A stretch of DNA of 64,000 nt from Laetmonice hystrix. Its lineage: Eukaryota. The notes under the pieces were generated by a model. That model saw nothing but the letters and a program-made list of their open reading frames with translations, did no database searches and had not been told where the DNA came from. Shown one piece after another: positions 10,801-25,000 of this stretch (position 1 is the first letter of the stretch; each line of letters begins with the position of its first letter). A program made the translations under genes and the position numbers. The stretch spans positions 2,606,001 through 2,670,000 of the forward strand of contig OZ249436.1 in the NCBI GenBank assembly GCA_965235115.1. The letters run 5' to 3'.

Positions 10801-13040
10801 CACTGTAGGCCTACTCTTTGGCCTCACTGTAGTGTTCGCTTGGGTGCTAGGCCAGACGGTATACCTTGTAGCCATTCCTCCCTGTACTGTTTGGTCTTCC
10901 TCTACCGTTCTCTTGTATACAAGAGTAGCCAGTAGTATAGGGACGCCTCATGTTTCATGTTTCCATGCCTTTATTGTCCAGGAAGAAGGCCATCCGTTTC
11001 GTCTATCATCTACTCCCATCTAATCTAGGTCCCCCACAGACCATCTGTAAGCGTCCGACAACGTTGTCAGGTCGTCCCAATGACTGTTTGCCGTAAAGCT
11101 TTAGTTAACAATGGAAAATGACGTTGTACGCCTTTTCTATATCAGATATCCCATCCCCAAGTAACAAACAAACAAAGGAAGGTTACCGAGATTTTGCAGG
11201 CAAGAAACACCAGGGTGCAGCACAACTGCACTGAAGCGGGGGGGGGGCACTCCGACTGCACTGCTACCTTCCGGCTAGCGGTGGAATCACCACGTACTGG
11301 CAGGCACCTGTGGCTCTGAGGCGAGAGACAGGTTAGGGCAATGATAAGCGAAAAATGGCTACATTTTTGATGTGTCAAATTGAAACTAAGCCTCCCAAAA
11401 TTATGATTCTTAGGCCAGATGTACGACTGTCAAACGTATAGGTCTCGTACGTTCGCTACAGATATATGGTTGTGATGTGTACACTTCCCATTTGAGCATG
11501 TTCTCCAGATTTTAACATTAGATGCTCCTCGCCTGTACCTTTCATTTCCACTACCTCACTGTAGTGTTTGCACCTTTCATTAGGCCAGCCGGTAAGATTT
11601 AACGATTTTCCACTCTACTGGTTGGCCTTCCCCACTGCTTGGCCCCACAGTGTACCGTTTGGCCTCACTGTAGGCCTAATCTTTGGCCTCACTGTAGTGT
11701 TCGCTTGGGTGCTAGGCCAGACAGTATACTTTGTAGCGATTCCTCCCTTACTGTTTGGTCTTCCTCTACCGTTTGCTTGTATACAAGAGTAGCCAGTAGT
11801 ATAGGGACGCCTCATGTTTCATGTTTCCATGCCTTTATTGTCCAGGAGGAAGGCCATCCGTTTCGTCTATCAATTACTCCCATCTAATCTATGTCCCCTG
11901 CAGACCATCTGTAAGCGTCCGACAACGTTGTCAGGTCGTCCCAATGACTGTTTGCCGGAAAGCTTTAGTTAACAATGGAAAATGACGTTGTACGCCTTTT
12001 CTATATCAGAAATCCCATCCCCCAAGTAACAAACAAACAAAGGAAGGTTACCGAGATTTTGCAGGCAAGAAACACCAGGGTGCAGCACAACTGCACTGAA
12101 GCGGAGGGGGGGGGGTCCCCGACTGCACTGCTACCTTGCGGCTAGCGGTGGAATCACCACGTACTGGCAGGCACCTGTGGCTCTGAGGCGAGAGACAGGT
12201 TAAGGCAATGATAAGCGAAAAATGGCTACATTTTTGATGCGTCAAATTGAAACTAAGCGTCCCAAAACTATGATTCTTAGACCAGATGTACGACTGTCAA
12301 ACGTATAGGTCTCGTACGTTCGCTACAGGTATACGGTTGTGATGTGTACACTTCGCATTTGAGTATCTTCTCCAGATGTTAACATTAGATGCTCCTCGCC
12401 TGTACCTTTCATTTCCACTACCTCACTGTAGTGTTTGCACCTTTCATTAGGCCAGTCGGTAAGATTTAAGGATTTCTCACTCTACTGGTTGGCCTTCCCC
12501 ACTGCTTGGCCCCACAGTGTACTGTTTGGCCTCACTGTAGGCCTACTCTTAGGCCTCACTGTAGTGTTCGCTTTGGTGCTAGGCCAGACAGTATACCTTG
12601 TAGCCATTCCTCCCTGTACTGTTTGGTCTTCCTCTACCGTTTGCTTGTATACAAGAGTAGCCAGTAGTATAGGGACGCCTCATGTTTCATGTTTCCATGC
12701 CTTTATTGTCCAGGAGGAAGGCCATCCGTTTCGTCTATCAATTACTCCCATCTAATCTATGTCCCCTCCAGACCATCTGTAAGCGTCCGACAACGTTGTC
12801 AGGTCGTCCCAATGACTGTTTGCCGTAAAGCTTTAGTTAACAATGGAAAATGACGTTGTACGCCTTTCCTATATCAGAAATCCCATCCCCAAGTAACAAA
12901 CAAACAAAGGAAAGTTACCGAGATTTTGCCGGCAAGAAACACCAGGGTGCAGCACAACTGCACTGAAGCGGAGGGGGGGGGGGTCCCCGACTGCACTGCT
13001 ACCTTGCGGCTAGCGGTGGAATCACCACGTACTGGCAGGC
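4870..13040. repeat. Approximate 5-monomer (~4.33-kb) higher-order duplication
   Basis: Landmarks 5312/9645, 6176/10513, 7042/11378, 7911/12245 and 8778/13113 are offset by 4333-4337 bp. Shared rare variants include TGATGTGTC (~7032, ~11368), CTTAGACC (~7941, ~12276) and CCTTTCCTAT (~8529, ~12863). Confidence 0.8.
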
Positions 13041-16000
13041 ACCTATGGCTCTGAGGCGAGAGACAGGTTAAGGCAATGATAAGCGAAAAATGGCTACATT
13101 TTTGATGCGTCAAATTGAAACTAAGCCTCCCAAAATTATGATTCTTAGGCCAGATGTACGACTGTCAAACCTATAGGTCTCGTACGTTCGCTACAGATAT
13201 ATGGTTGTGATGTGTACACTTCCCATTTGAGCATGTTCTCCAGATTTTAACATTAGATGCTCCTCGCCTGTACCTTTCATTTCCACTACCTCACTGTAGT
13301 GTTTGCACCTTTCATTAGGCCAGCCGGTAAGATTTAACGATTTTCCACTCTACTGGTTGGCCTTCCCCACTGCTTGGCCCCACAGCATACTGTTTGGCCT
13401 CACTGTAGGCCTACTCTTTGGCCTCACTGTAGTGTTCGCTTGGGTGCTAGGCCAGACAGTATACCTTGTAGCCATTCCTCCCTGTACTGTTTGGTCTTCC
13501 TCTACCGTTTGCTTGTATACAAGAGTAGCCAGTAGTATAGGGACGCCTCATGTTTCATGTTTCCATGCCTTTATTGTCCAGGAGGAAGGCCATCCGTTTC
13601 GTCTATCAATTACTCCCATCTAATCTATGTCCCCTACAGACCATCTGTAAGCGTCCGACAATGTTGTCAGGTCGTCCCAATGACTGTTTGCCGTAAGGCT
13701 TTAGTTAACAATGGAAAATGACGTTGTACGCCTTTTCTATATCAGATATCCCATCCCCAAGTAACAAACAAACAAAGGAAGGTTACCGAGATTTTGCAGG
13801 CAAGAAACACCAGGGTGCAGCACAACTGCACTGAAGCGGGGGGGGGGGGGGCACTCCGACTGCACTGCTACCTTCCGGCTAGCGGTGGAATCACCACGTA
13901 CTGGCAGGCACCTGTGGCTCTGAGGCGAGAGACAGGTTAGGGCAATGATAAGCGAAAAATGGCTACATTTTTGATGCGTCAAATTGAAACTAAGCCTCCC
14001 AAAATTATGATTCTTAGGCCAGATGTACGACTGTCAAACGTATAGCTCTCGTACGTTCGCTACAGATATATGGTTGTGATGTGTACACTTCCCATTTGAG
14101 CATGTTCTCCAGATTTTAACATTAGATGCTCCTCGCCTGTACCTTTCATTTCCACTACCTCACTGTAGTGTTTGCACCTTTCATTAGGCCAGCCGGTAAG
14201 ATTTAACGATTTTCCACTCTACTGGTTGGCCTTCCCCACTGCTTGGCCCCACAGCATACTGTTTGGCCTCACTGTAGGCCTACTCTTTGGCCTCACTGTA
14301 GTGTTCGCTTGGGTGCTAGGCCAGACAGTATACCTTGTAGCCATTCCTCCCTGTACTGTTTGGTCTTCCTCTACCGTTTGCTTGTATACAAGAGTAGCCA
14401 GTAGTATAGGGACGCCTCATGTTTCATGTTTCCATGCCTTTATTGTCCAGGAGGAAGGCCATCCGTTTCGTCTATCAATTACTCCCATCTAATCTATGTC
14501 CCCTACAGACCATCTGTAAGCGTCCGACAATGTTGTCAGGTCGTCCCAATGACTGTTTGCCGTAAGGCTTTAGTTAACAATGGAAAATGACGTTGTACGC
14601 CTTTTCTATATCAGATATCCCATCCCCATGTACCAAACAAACAAAGGAAGGTTACCGAGATTTTGCAGGCAAGAAACACCAGGGTGCAGCACAACTGCAC
14701 TGAAGGGGGGGGGGTCTCCGACTGCACTGCTACCTTCCGGCTAGCGGTGGAATCACCACGTACTGGCAGGCACCTGTGGCTCTGAGGCGAGAGACAGGTT
14801 AAGGCAATGATTAGCGAAAAATGGCTACATTTTTGATGCGTCAAATTGAAACTAAGCCTCCCAAAATTATGATTCTTAGGCCAGATGTACGAATGTCAAA
14901 CGTATAGGTCTCGTAGGTTCGCTACAGCTATATGGTTGTGATGTGTACACTTCCCATTTGAGCATGTTCTCCAGATTTTAACATTAGATGCTCCTCGCCT
15001 GTACCTTTCATTTCCACTACCTCACTGTAGTGTTTGCACCTTTCATTAGGCCAGTCGGTAAGATTTAAGGATTTCTCACTCTACTGGTTGGCCTTCCCCA
15101 CTGCTTGGCCCCACAGTGTACCGTTTGGCCTCACTGTAGGCCTACTCTTTGGCCTCACTGTAGTGTTCGCTTGGGTGCTAGGCCAGACAGTATACTTTGT
15201 AGCGATTCCTCCCTTACTGTTTGGTCTTCCTCTACCGTTTGCTTGTATACAAGAGTAGCCAGTAGTATAGGGACGCCTCATGTTTCATGTTTCCATGCCT
15301 TTATTGTCCAGGAGGAAGGCCATCCGTTTCGTCTATCAATTACTCCCATCTAATCTATGTCCCCTGCAGACCATCTGTAAGCGTCCGACAACGTTGTCAG
15401 GTCGTCCCAATGACTGTTTGCCGGAAAGCTTTAGTTAACAATGGAAAATGACGTTGTACGCCTTTTCTATATCAGAAATCCCATCCCCCAAGTAACAAAC
15501 AAACAAAGGAAGGTTACCGAGATTTTGCAGGCAAGAAACACCAGGGTGCAGCACAACTGCACTGAAGCGGAGGGGGGGGGGGGTCCCCGACTGCACTGCT
15601 ACCTTGCGGCTAGCGGTGGAATCACCACGTACTGGCAGGCACCTGTGGCTCTGAGGCGAGAGACAGGTTAAGGCAATGATAAGCGAAAAATGGCTACATT
15701 TTTGATGCGTCAAATTGAAACTAAGCGTCCCAAAACTATGATTCTTAGGCCAGATGTACGACTGTCAAACGTATAGGTCTCGTACGTTCGCTACAGGTAT
15801 ACGGTTGTGATGTGTACACTTCGCATTTGAGTATCTTCTCCAGATGTTAACATTAGATGCTCCTCGCCTGTACCTTTCATTTCCACTACCTCACTGTAGT
15901 GTTTGCACCTTTCATTAGGCCAGTCGGTAAGATTTAAGGATTTCTCACTCTACTGGTTGGCCTTCCCCACTGCTTGGCCCCACAGTGTACTGTTTGGCCT

Positions 16001-19000
16001 CACTGTAGGCCTACTCTTAGGCCTCACTGTAGTGTTCGCTTTGGTGCTAGGCCAGACAGTATACCTTGTAGCCATTCCTCCCTGTACTGTTTGGTCTTCC
16101 TCTACCGTTTGCTTGTATACAAGAGTAGCCAGTAGTATAGGGACGCCTCATGTTTCATGTTTCCATGCCTTTATTGTCCAGGACGAAGGCCATCCGTTTC
16201 GTCTATCATCTACTCCCATCTAATCTATGTCCCCCACAGACCATCTGTAAGCATCCGAAAGCTTTAGTTAACAATGGAAAATGACGTTGTACGCCTTTTC
16301 TATATCAGATATCCCATCCCCAAGTAACAAACAAACAAAGGAAGGTTACCGAGATTTTGCAGGCAAGAAACACCAGGGTGCAGCACAACTGCACCGAAGC
16401 GGGGGGGGGGGGGGTCTCCGACTGCACTGCTACCTTCCGGCTAGCGGTGGAATCACCACGTACTGGCAGGCACCTATGGCTCTGAGGCGAGAGACAGGTT
16501 AAGGCAATGATAAGCGAAAAATGGCTACATTTTTGATGCGTCAAATTGAAACTAAGCCTCCCAAAATTATGATTCTTAGGCCAGATGTACGACTGTCAAA
16601 CGTATAGGTCTCGTACGTTCGCTACAGATATATGGTTGTGATGTGTACACTTCCCATTTGAGCATGTTCTCCAGATTTTAACATTAGATGCTCCTCGCCT
16701 GTACCTTTCATTTCCACTACCTCACTGTAGTGTTTGCACCTTTCATTAGGCCAGCCGGTAAGATTTAACGATTTTCCACTCTACTGGTTGGCCTTCCCCA
16801 CTGCTTGGCCCCACAGCATACTGTTTGGCCTCACTGTAGGCCTACTCTTTGGCCTCACTGTAGTGTTCGCTTGGGTGCTAGGCCAGACAGTATACCTTGT
16901 AGCCATTCCTCCCTGTACTGTTTGGTCTTCCTGTACCGTTTGCTTGTATACAAGAGTAGCCAGTAGTATAGGGACGCCTCATGTTTTATGTTTCCATGCC
17001 TTTATTGTCCAGGAGGAAGGCCATCCGTTTCGTCTATCATCTACTCCCATCTAATCTATGTCCTCTACAGACCATCTGTAAGCGTCCGACAATGTTGTCA
17101 GGTCGTCCCAATGACTGTTTGCCGTAAGGCTTTAGTTAACAATGGAAAATGACGTTGTACGCCTTTTCTATATCAGATATCCCATCCCCAAGTAACAAAC
17201 AAACAAAGGAAGGTTACCGAGATTTTGCCGGCAAGAAACACCAGGGTGCAGCACAACTGCACTGAAGCGGGGGGGGGGCACTCCGACTGCACTGCTACCT
17301 TCCGACTAGCGGTGGAATCACCACGTACTGGCAGGCACCTGTGGCTCTGAGGCGAGAGACAGGTTAGGGCAATGATAAGCGAAAAATGGCTACATTTTTG
17401 ATGCGTCAAATTGAAACTAAGCCTCCCAAAATTATGATTCTTAGGCCAGATGTACGACTGTCAAACGTATAGCTCTCGTACGTTCGCTACAGATATATGG
17501 TTGTGATGTGTACACTTCCCATTTGAGCATGTTCTCCAGATTTTGACATTAGATGCTCCTTGCCTGTACCTTTCATTTCCACTACCTCACTGTAGTGTTT
17601 GCACCTTTCATTAGGCCAGCCGGTAAGATTTAAGGATTTTCCACTCTACTGGTTGGCCTTCCCCACTGCTTGGCCCCACAGTGTACCGTTTGGCCTCACT
17701 GTAGGCCTAATCTTTGGCCTCACTGTAGTGTTCGCTTGGGTGCTAGGCCAGACAGTATACTTTGTAGCGATTCCTCCCTTACTGTTTGGTCTTCCTCTAC
17801 CGTTTGCTTGTATACAAGAGTAGCCAGTAGTATAGGGACGCCTCATGTTTCATGTTTCCATGCCTTTATTGTCCAGGAGGAAGGCCATCCGTTTCGTCTA
17901 TCAATTACTCCCATCTAATCTATGTCCCCTGCAGACCATCTGTAAGCGTCCGACAACGTTGTCAGGTCGTCCCAATGACTGTTTGCCGGAAAGCTTTAGT
18001 TAACAATGGAAAATGACGTTGTACGCCTTTTCTATATCAGAAATCCCATCCCCCAAGTAACAAACAAACAAAGGAAGGTTACCGAGATTTTGCAGGCAAG
18101 AAACACCAGGGTGCAGCACAACTGCACTGAAGCGGAGGGGGGGGGGGGTCCCCGACTGCACTGCTACCTTGCGGCTAGCGGTGGAATCACCACGTACTGG
18201 CAGGCACCTGTGGCTCTGAGGCGAGAGACAGGTTAAGGCAATGATAAGCGAAAAATGGCTACATTTTTGATGCGTCAAATTGAAACTAAGCGTCCCAAAA
18301 CTATGATTCTTAGACCAGATGTACGACTGTCAAACGTATAGGTCTCGTACGTTCGCTACAGGTATACGGTTGTGATGTGTACACTTCGCATTTGAGTATC
18401 TTCTCCAGATGTTAACATTAGATGCTCCTCGCCTGTACCTTTCATTTCCACTACCTCACTGTAGTGTTTGCACCTTTCATTAGGCCAGTCGGTAAGATTT
18501 AAGGATTTCTCACTCTACTGGTTGGCCTTCCCCACTGCTTGGCCCCACAGTGTACTGTTTGGCCTCACTGTAGGCCTACTCTTAGGCCTCACTGTAGTGT
18601 TCGCTTTGGTGCTAGGCCAGACAGTATACCTTGTAGCCATTCCTCCCTGTACTGTTTGGTCTTCCTCTACCGTTTGCTTGTATACAAGAGTAGCCAGTAG
18701 TATAGGGACGCCTCATGTTTCATGTTTCCATGCCTTTATTGTCCAGGAGGAAGGCCATCCGTTTCGTCTATCAATTACTCCCATCTAATCTATGTCCCCT
18801 CCAGACCATCTATAATCGTCCGACAACGTTGTCAGGTCGTCCCAATGACTGTTTGCCGTAAAGCTTTAGTTAACAATGGAAAATGACGTTGTACGCCTTT
18901 CCTATATCAGAAATCCCATCCCCAAGTAACAAACAAACAAAGGAAAGTTACCGAGATTTTGCCGGCAAGAAACACCAGGGTGCAGCACAACTGCACTGAA

Positions 19001-22000
19001 GCGGAGGGGGGGGGGGTCCCCGACTGCACTGCTACCTTGCGGCTAGCGGTGGAATCACCACGTACTGGCAGGCACCTGCGGCTCTGAGGCGAGAGACAGG
19101 TTAAGGCAATGATAAGCGAAAAATGGCTACATTTTTGATGCGTCAAATTGAAACTAAGCGTCCCAAAATTATGATTCTTAGGCCAGATGTACGACTGTCA
19201 AACGTATAGCTCTCGTACGTTCGCTACAGATATATGGTTGTGATGTGTACACTTCCCATTTGAGCATGTTCTCCAGATTTTGACATTAGATGCTCCTCGC
19301 CTGTACCTTTCATTTCCACTACCTCACTGTAGTGTTTGCACCTTTCATTAGCCCAGCCGGTAAGATTTAAGGATTTTCCACTCTACTGGTTGGCCTTCCC
19401 CACTGCTTGGCCCCACAGCATACTGTTTGGCCTCACTGTAGGCCTACTCTTTGGCCTCACTGTAGTGTTCGCTTGGGTGCTAGGCCAGACGGTATACCTT
19501 GTAGCCATTCCTCCCTGTACTGTTTGGTCTTCCTCTACCGTTTGCTTGTATACAAGGGTAGCCAGTAGTATAGGGACGCCTCATGTTTCATGTTTCCATG
19601 CCTTTATTGTCCAGGACGAAGGCCATCCGTTTCGTCTATCATCTACTCCCATCTAATCTATGTCCCCCACAGACCATCTGTAAGCATCCGACAACGTTGT
19701 CAGGTCGTCCCAATGACTGTTTGCCGTAAAGCTTTAGTTAACAATGGAAAATGACGTTGTACGCCTTTTCTATATCAGATATCCCATCCCCAAGTAACAA
19801 ACAAACAAAGGAAGGTTACCGAGATTTTGCAGGCAAGAAACACCAGGGTGCAGCACAACTGCACCGAAGCGGGGGGGGGGGGGTCTCCGACTGCACTGCT
19901 ACCTTCCGGCTAGCGGTGGAATCACCACGTACTGGCAGGCACCTATGGCTCTGAGGCGAGAGACAGGTTAAGGCAATGATAAGCGAAAAATGGCTACATT
20001 TTTGATGCGTCAAATTGAAACTAAGCCTCCCAAAATTATGATTCTTAGGCCAGATGTACGACTGTCAAACCTATAGGTCTCGTACGTTCGCTACAGATAT
20101 ATGGTTGTGATGTGTACACTTCCCATTTGAGCATGTTCTCCAGATTTTAACATTAGATGCTCCTCGCCTGTACCTTTCATTTCCACTACCTCACTGTAGT
20201 GTTTGCACCTTTCATTAGGCCAGCCGGTAAGATTTAACGATTTTCCACTCTACTGGTTGGCCTTCCCCACTGCTTGGCCCCACAGCATACTGTTTGGCCT
20301 CACTGTAGGCCTACTCTTTGGCCTCACTGTAGTGTTCGCTTGGGTGCTAGGCCAGACAGTATACCTTGTAGCCATTCCTCCCTGTACTGTTTGGTCTTCC
20401 TCTACCGTTTGCTTGTATACAAGAGTAGCCAGTAGTATAGGGACGCCTCATGTTTCATGTTTCCATGCCTTTATTGTCCAGGAGGAAGGCCATCCGTTTC
20501 GTCTATCAATTACTCCCATCTAATCTATGTCCCCTACAGACCATCTGTAAGCGTCCGACAATGTTGTCAGGTCGTCCCAATGACTGTTTGCCGTAAGGCT
20601 TTAGTTAACAATGGAAAATGACGTTGTACGCCTTTTCTATATCAGATATCCCATCCCCAAGTAACAAACAAACAAAGGAAGGTTACCGAGATTTTGCAGG
20701 CAAGAAACACCAGGGTGCAGCACAACTGCACTGAAGCGGGGGGGGGGGGGCACTCCGACTGCACTGCTACCTTCCGGCTAGCGCTGGAATCACCACGTAC
20801 TGGCAGGCACCTGTGGCTCTGAGGCGAGAGACAGGTTAGGGCAATGATAAGCGAAAAATGGCTACATTTTTGATGCGTCAAATTGAAACTAAGCCTCCCA
20901 AAATTATGATTCTTAGGCCAGATGTACGACTGTCAAACGTATAGCTCTCGTACGTTCGCTACAGATATATGGTTGTGATGTGTACACTTCCCATTTGAGC
21001 ATGTTCTCCAGATTTTGACATTAGATGCTCCTCGCCTGTACCTTTCATTTCCACTACCTCACTGTAGTGTTTGCACCTTTCATTAGCCCAGCCGGTAAGA
21101 TTTAAGGATTTTCCACTCTACTGGTTGGCCTTCCCCACTGCTTGGCCCCACAGCATACTGTTTGGCCTCACTGTAGGCCTACTCTTTGGCCTCACTGTAG
21201 TGTTCGCTTGGGTGCTAGGCCAGACGGTATACCTTGTAGCCATTCCTCCCTGTACTGTTTGGTCTTCCTCTACCGTTCTCTTGTATACAAGAGTAGCCAG
21301 TAGTATAGGGACGCCTCATGTTTCATGTTTCCATGCCTTTATTGTCCAGGAAGAAGGCCATCCGTTTCGTCTATCATCTACTCCCATCTAATCTAGGTCC
21401 CCCACAGACCATCTGTAAGCGTCCGACAACGTTGTCAGGTCGTCCCAATGACTGTTTGCCGTAAAGCTTTAGTTAACAATGGAAAATGACGTTGTACGCC
21501 TTTTCTATATCAGATATCCCATCCCCAAGTAACAAACAAACAAAGGAAGGTTACCGAGATTTTGCAGGCAAGAAACACCAGGGTGCAGCACAACTGCACT
21601 GAAGCGGGGGGGGGGCACTCCGACTGCACTGCTACCTTCCGGCTAGCGGTGGAATCACCACGTACTGGCAGGCACCTGTGGCTCTGAGGCGAGAGACAGG
21701 TTAGGGCAATGATAAGCGAAAAATGGCTACATTTTTGATGTGTCAAATTGAAACTAAGCCTCCCAAAATTATGATTCTTAGGCCAGATGTACGACTGTCA
21801 AACGTATAGGTCTCGTACGTTCGCTACAGATATATGGTTGTGATGTGTACACTTCCCATTTGAGCATGTTCTCCAGATTTTAACATTAGATGCTCCTCGC
21901 CTGTACCTTTCATTTCCACTACCTCACTGTAGTGTTTGCACCTTTCATTAGGCCAGCCGGTAAGATTTAACGATTTTCCACTCTACTGGTTGGCCTTCCC

Positions 22001-25000
22001 CACTGCTTGGCCCCACAGTGTACCGTTTGGCCTCACTGTAGGCCTAATCTTTGGCCTCACTGTAGTGTTCGCTTGGGTGCTAGGCCAGACAGTATACTTT
22101 GTAGCGATTCCTCCCTTACTGTTTGGTCTTCCTCTACCGTTTGCTTGTATACAAGAGTAGCCAGTAGTATAGGGACGCCTCATGTTTCATGTTTCCATGC
22201 CTTTATTGTCCAGGAGGAAGGCCATCCGTTTCGTCTATCAATTACTCCCATCTAATCTATGTCCCCTGCAGACCATCTGTAAGCGTCCGACAACGTTGTC
22301 AGGTCGTCCCAATGACTGTTTGCCGGAAAGCTTTAGTTAACAATGGAAAATGACGTTGTACGCCTTTTCTATATCAGAAATCCCATCCCCCAAGTAACAA
22401 ACAAACAAAGGAAGGTTACCGAGATTTTGCAGGCAAGAAACACCAGGGTGCAGCACAACTGCACTGAAGCGGAGGGGGGGGGGTCCCCGACTGCACTGCT
22501 ACCTTGCGGCTAGCGGTGGAATCACCACGTACTGGCAGGCACCTGTGGCTCTGAGGCGAGAGACAGGTTAAGGCAATGATAAGCGAAAAATGGCTACATT
22601 TTTGATGCGTCAAATTGAAACTAAGCGTCCCAAAACTATGATTCTTAGACCAGATGTACGACTGTCAAACGTATAGGTCTCGTACGTTCGCTACAGGTAT
22701 ACGGTTGTGATGTGTACACTTCGCATTTGAGTATCTTCTCCAGATGTTAACATTAGATGCTCCTCGCCTGTACCTTTCATTTCCACTACCTCACTGTAGT
22801 GTTTGCACCTTTCATTAGGCCAGTCGGTAAGATTTAAGGATTTCTCACTCTACTGGTTGGCCTTCCCCACTGCTTGGCCCCACAGTGTACTGTTTGGCCT
22901 CACTGTAGGCCTACTCTTAGGCCTCACTGTAGTGTTCGCTTTGGTGCTAGGCCAGACAGTATACCTTGTAGCCATTCCTCCCTGTACTGTTTGGTCTTCC
23001 TCTACCGTTTGCTTGTATACAAGAGTAGCCAGTAGTATAGGGACGCCTCATGTTTCATGTTTCCATGCCTTTATTGTCCAGGAGGAAGGCCATCCGTTTC
23101 GTCTATCAATTACTCCCATCTAATCTATGTCCCCTCCAGACCATCTGTAAGCGTCCGACAACGTTGTCAGGTCGTCCCAATGACTGTTTGCCGTAAAGCT
23201 TTAGTTAACAATGGAAAATGACGTTGTACGCCTTTCCTATATCAGAAATCCCATCCCCAAGTAACAAACAAACAAAGGAAAGTTACCGAGATTTTGCCGG
23301 CAAGAAACACCAGGGTGCAGCACAACTGCACTGAAGCGGAGGGGGGGGGGGTCCCCGACTGCACTGCTACCTTGCGGCTAGCGGTGGAATCACCACGTAC
23401 TGGCAGGCACCTATGGCTCTGAGGCGAGAGACAGGTTAAGGCAATGATAAGCGAAAAATGGCTACATTTTTGATGCGTCAAATTGAAACTAAGCCTCCCA
23501 AAATTATGATTCTTAGGCCAGATGTACGACTGTCAAACCTATAGGTCTCGTACGTTCGCTACAGATATATGGTTGTGATGTGTACACTTCCCATTTGAGC
23601 ATGTTCTCCAGATTTTAACATTAGATGCTCCTCGCCTGTACCTTTCATTTCCACTACCTCACTGTAGTGTTTGCACCTTTCATTAGGCCAGCCGGTAAGA
23701 TTTAACGATTTTCCACTCTACTGGTTGGCCTTCCCCACTGCTTGGCCCCACAGCATACTGTTTGGCCTCACTGTAGGCCTACTCTTTGGCCTCACTGTAG
23801 TGTTCGCTTGGGTGCTAGGCCAGACAGTATACCTTGTAGCCATTCCTCCCTGTACTGTTTGGTCTTCCTCTACCGTTTGCTTGTATACAAGAGTAGCCAG
23901 TAGTATAGGGACGCCTCATGTTTCATGTTTCCATGCCTTTATTGTCCAGGAGGAAGGCCATCCGTTTCGTCTATCAATTACTCCCATCTAATCTATGTCC
24001 CCTACAGACCATCTGTAAGCGTCCGACAATGTTGTCAGGTCGTCCCAATGACTGTTTGCCGTAAGGCTTTAGTTAACAATGGAAAATGACGTTGTACGCC
24101 TTTTCTATATCAGATATCCCATCCCCAAGTAACAAACAAACAAAGGAAGGTTACCGAGATTTTGCAGGCAAGAAACACCAGGGTGCAGCACAACTGCACT
24201 GAAGCGGGGGGGGGGGGGGCACTCCGACTGCACTGCTACCTTCCGGCTAGCGGTGGAATCACCACGTACTGGCAGGCACCTGTGGCTCTGAGGCGAGAGA
24301 CAGGTTAGGGCAATGATAAGCGAAAAATGGCTACATTTTTGATGCGTCAAATTGAAACTAAGCCTCCCAAAATTATGATTCTTAGGCCAGATGTACGACT
24401 GTCAAACGTATAGCTCTCGTACGTTCGCTACAGATATATGGTTGTGATGTGTACACTTCCCATTTGAGCATGTTCTCCAGATTTTAACATTAGATGCTCC
24501 TCGCCTGTACCTTTCATTTCCACTACCTCACTGTAGTGTTTGCACCTTTCATTAGGCCAGCCGGTAAGATTTAACGATTTTCCACTCTACTGGTTGGCCT
24601 TCCCCACTGCTTGGCCCCACAGCATACTGTTTGGCCTCACTGTAGGCCTACTCTTTGGCCTCACTGTAGTGTTCGCTTGGGTGCTAGGCCAGACAGTATA
24701 CCTTGTAGCCATTCCTCCCTGTACTGTTTGGTCTTCCTCTACCGTTTGCTTGTATACAAGAGTAGCCAGTAGTATAGGGACGCCTCATGTTTCATGTTTC
24801 CATGCCTTTATTGTCCAGGAGGAAGGCCATCCGTTTCGTCTATCAATTACTCCCATCTAATCTATGTCCCCTACAGACCATCTGTAAGCGTCCGACAATG
24901 TTGTCAGGTCGTCCCAATGACTGTTTGCCGTAAGGCTTTAGTTAACAATGGAAAATGACGTTGTACGCCTTTTCTATATCAGATATCCCATCCCCATGTA

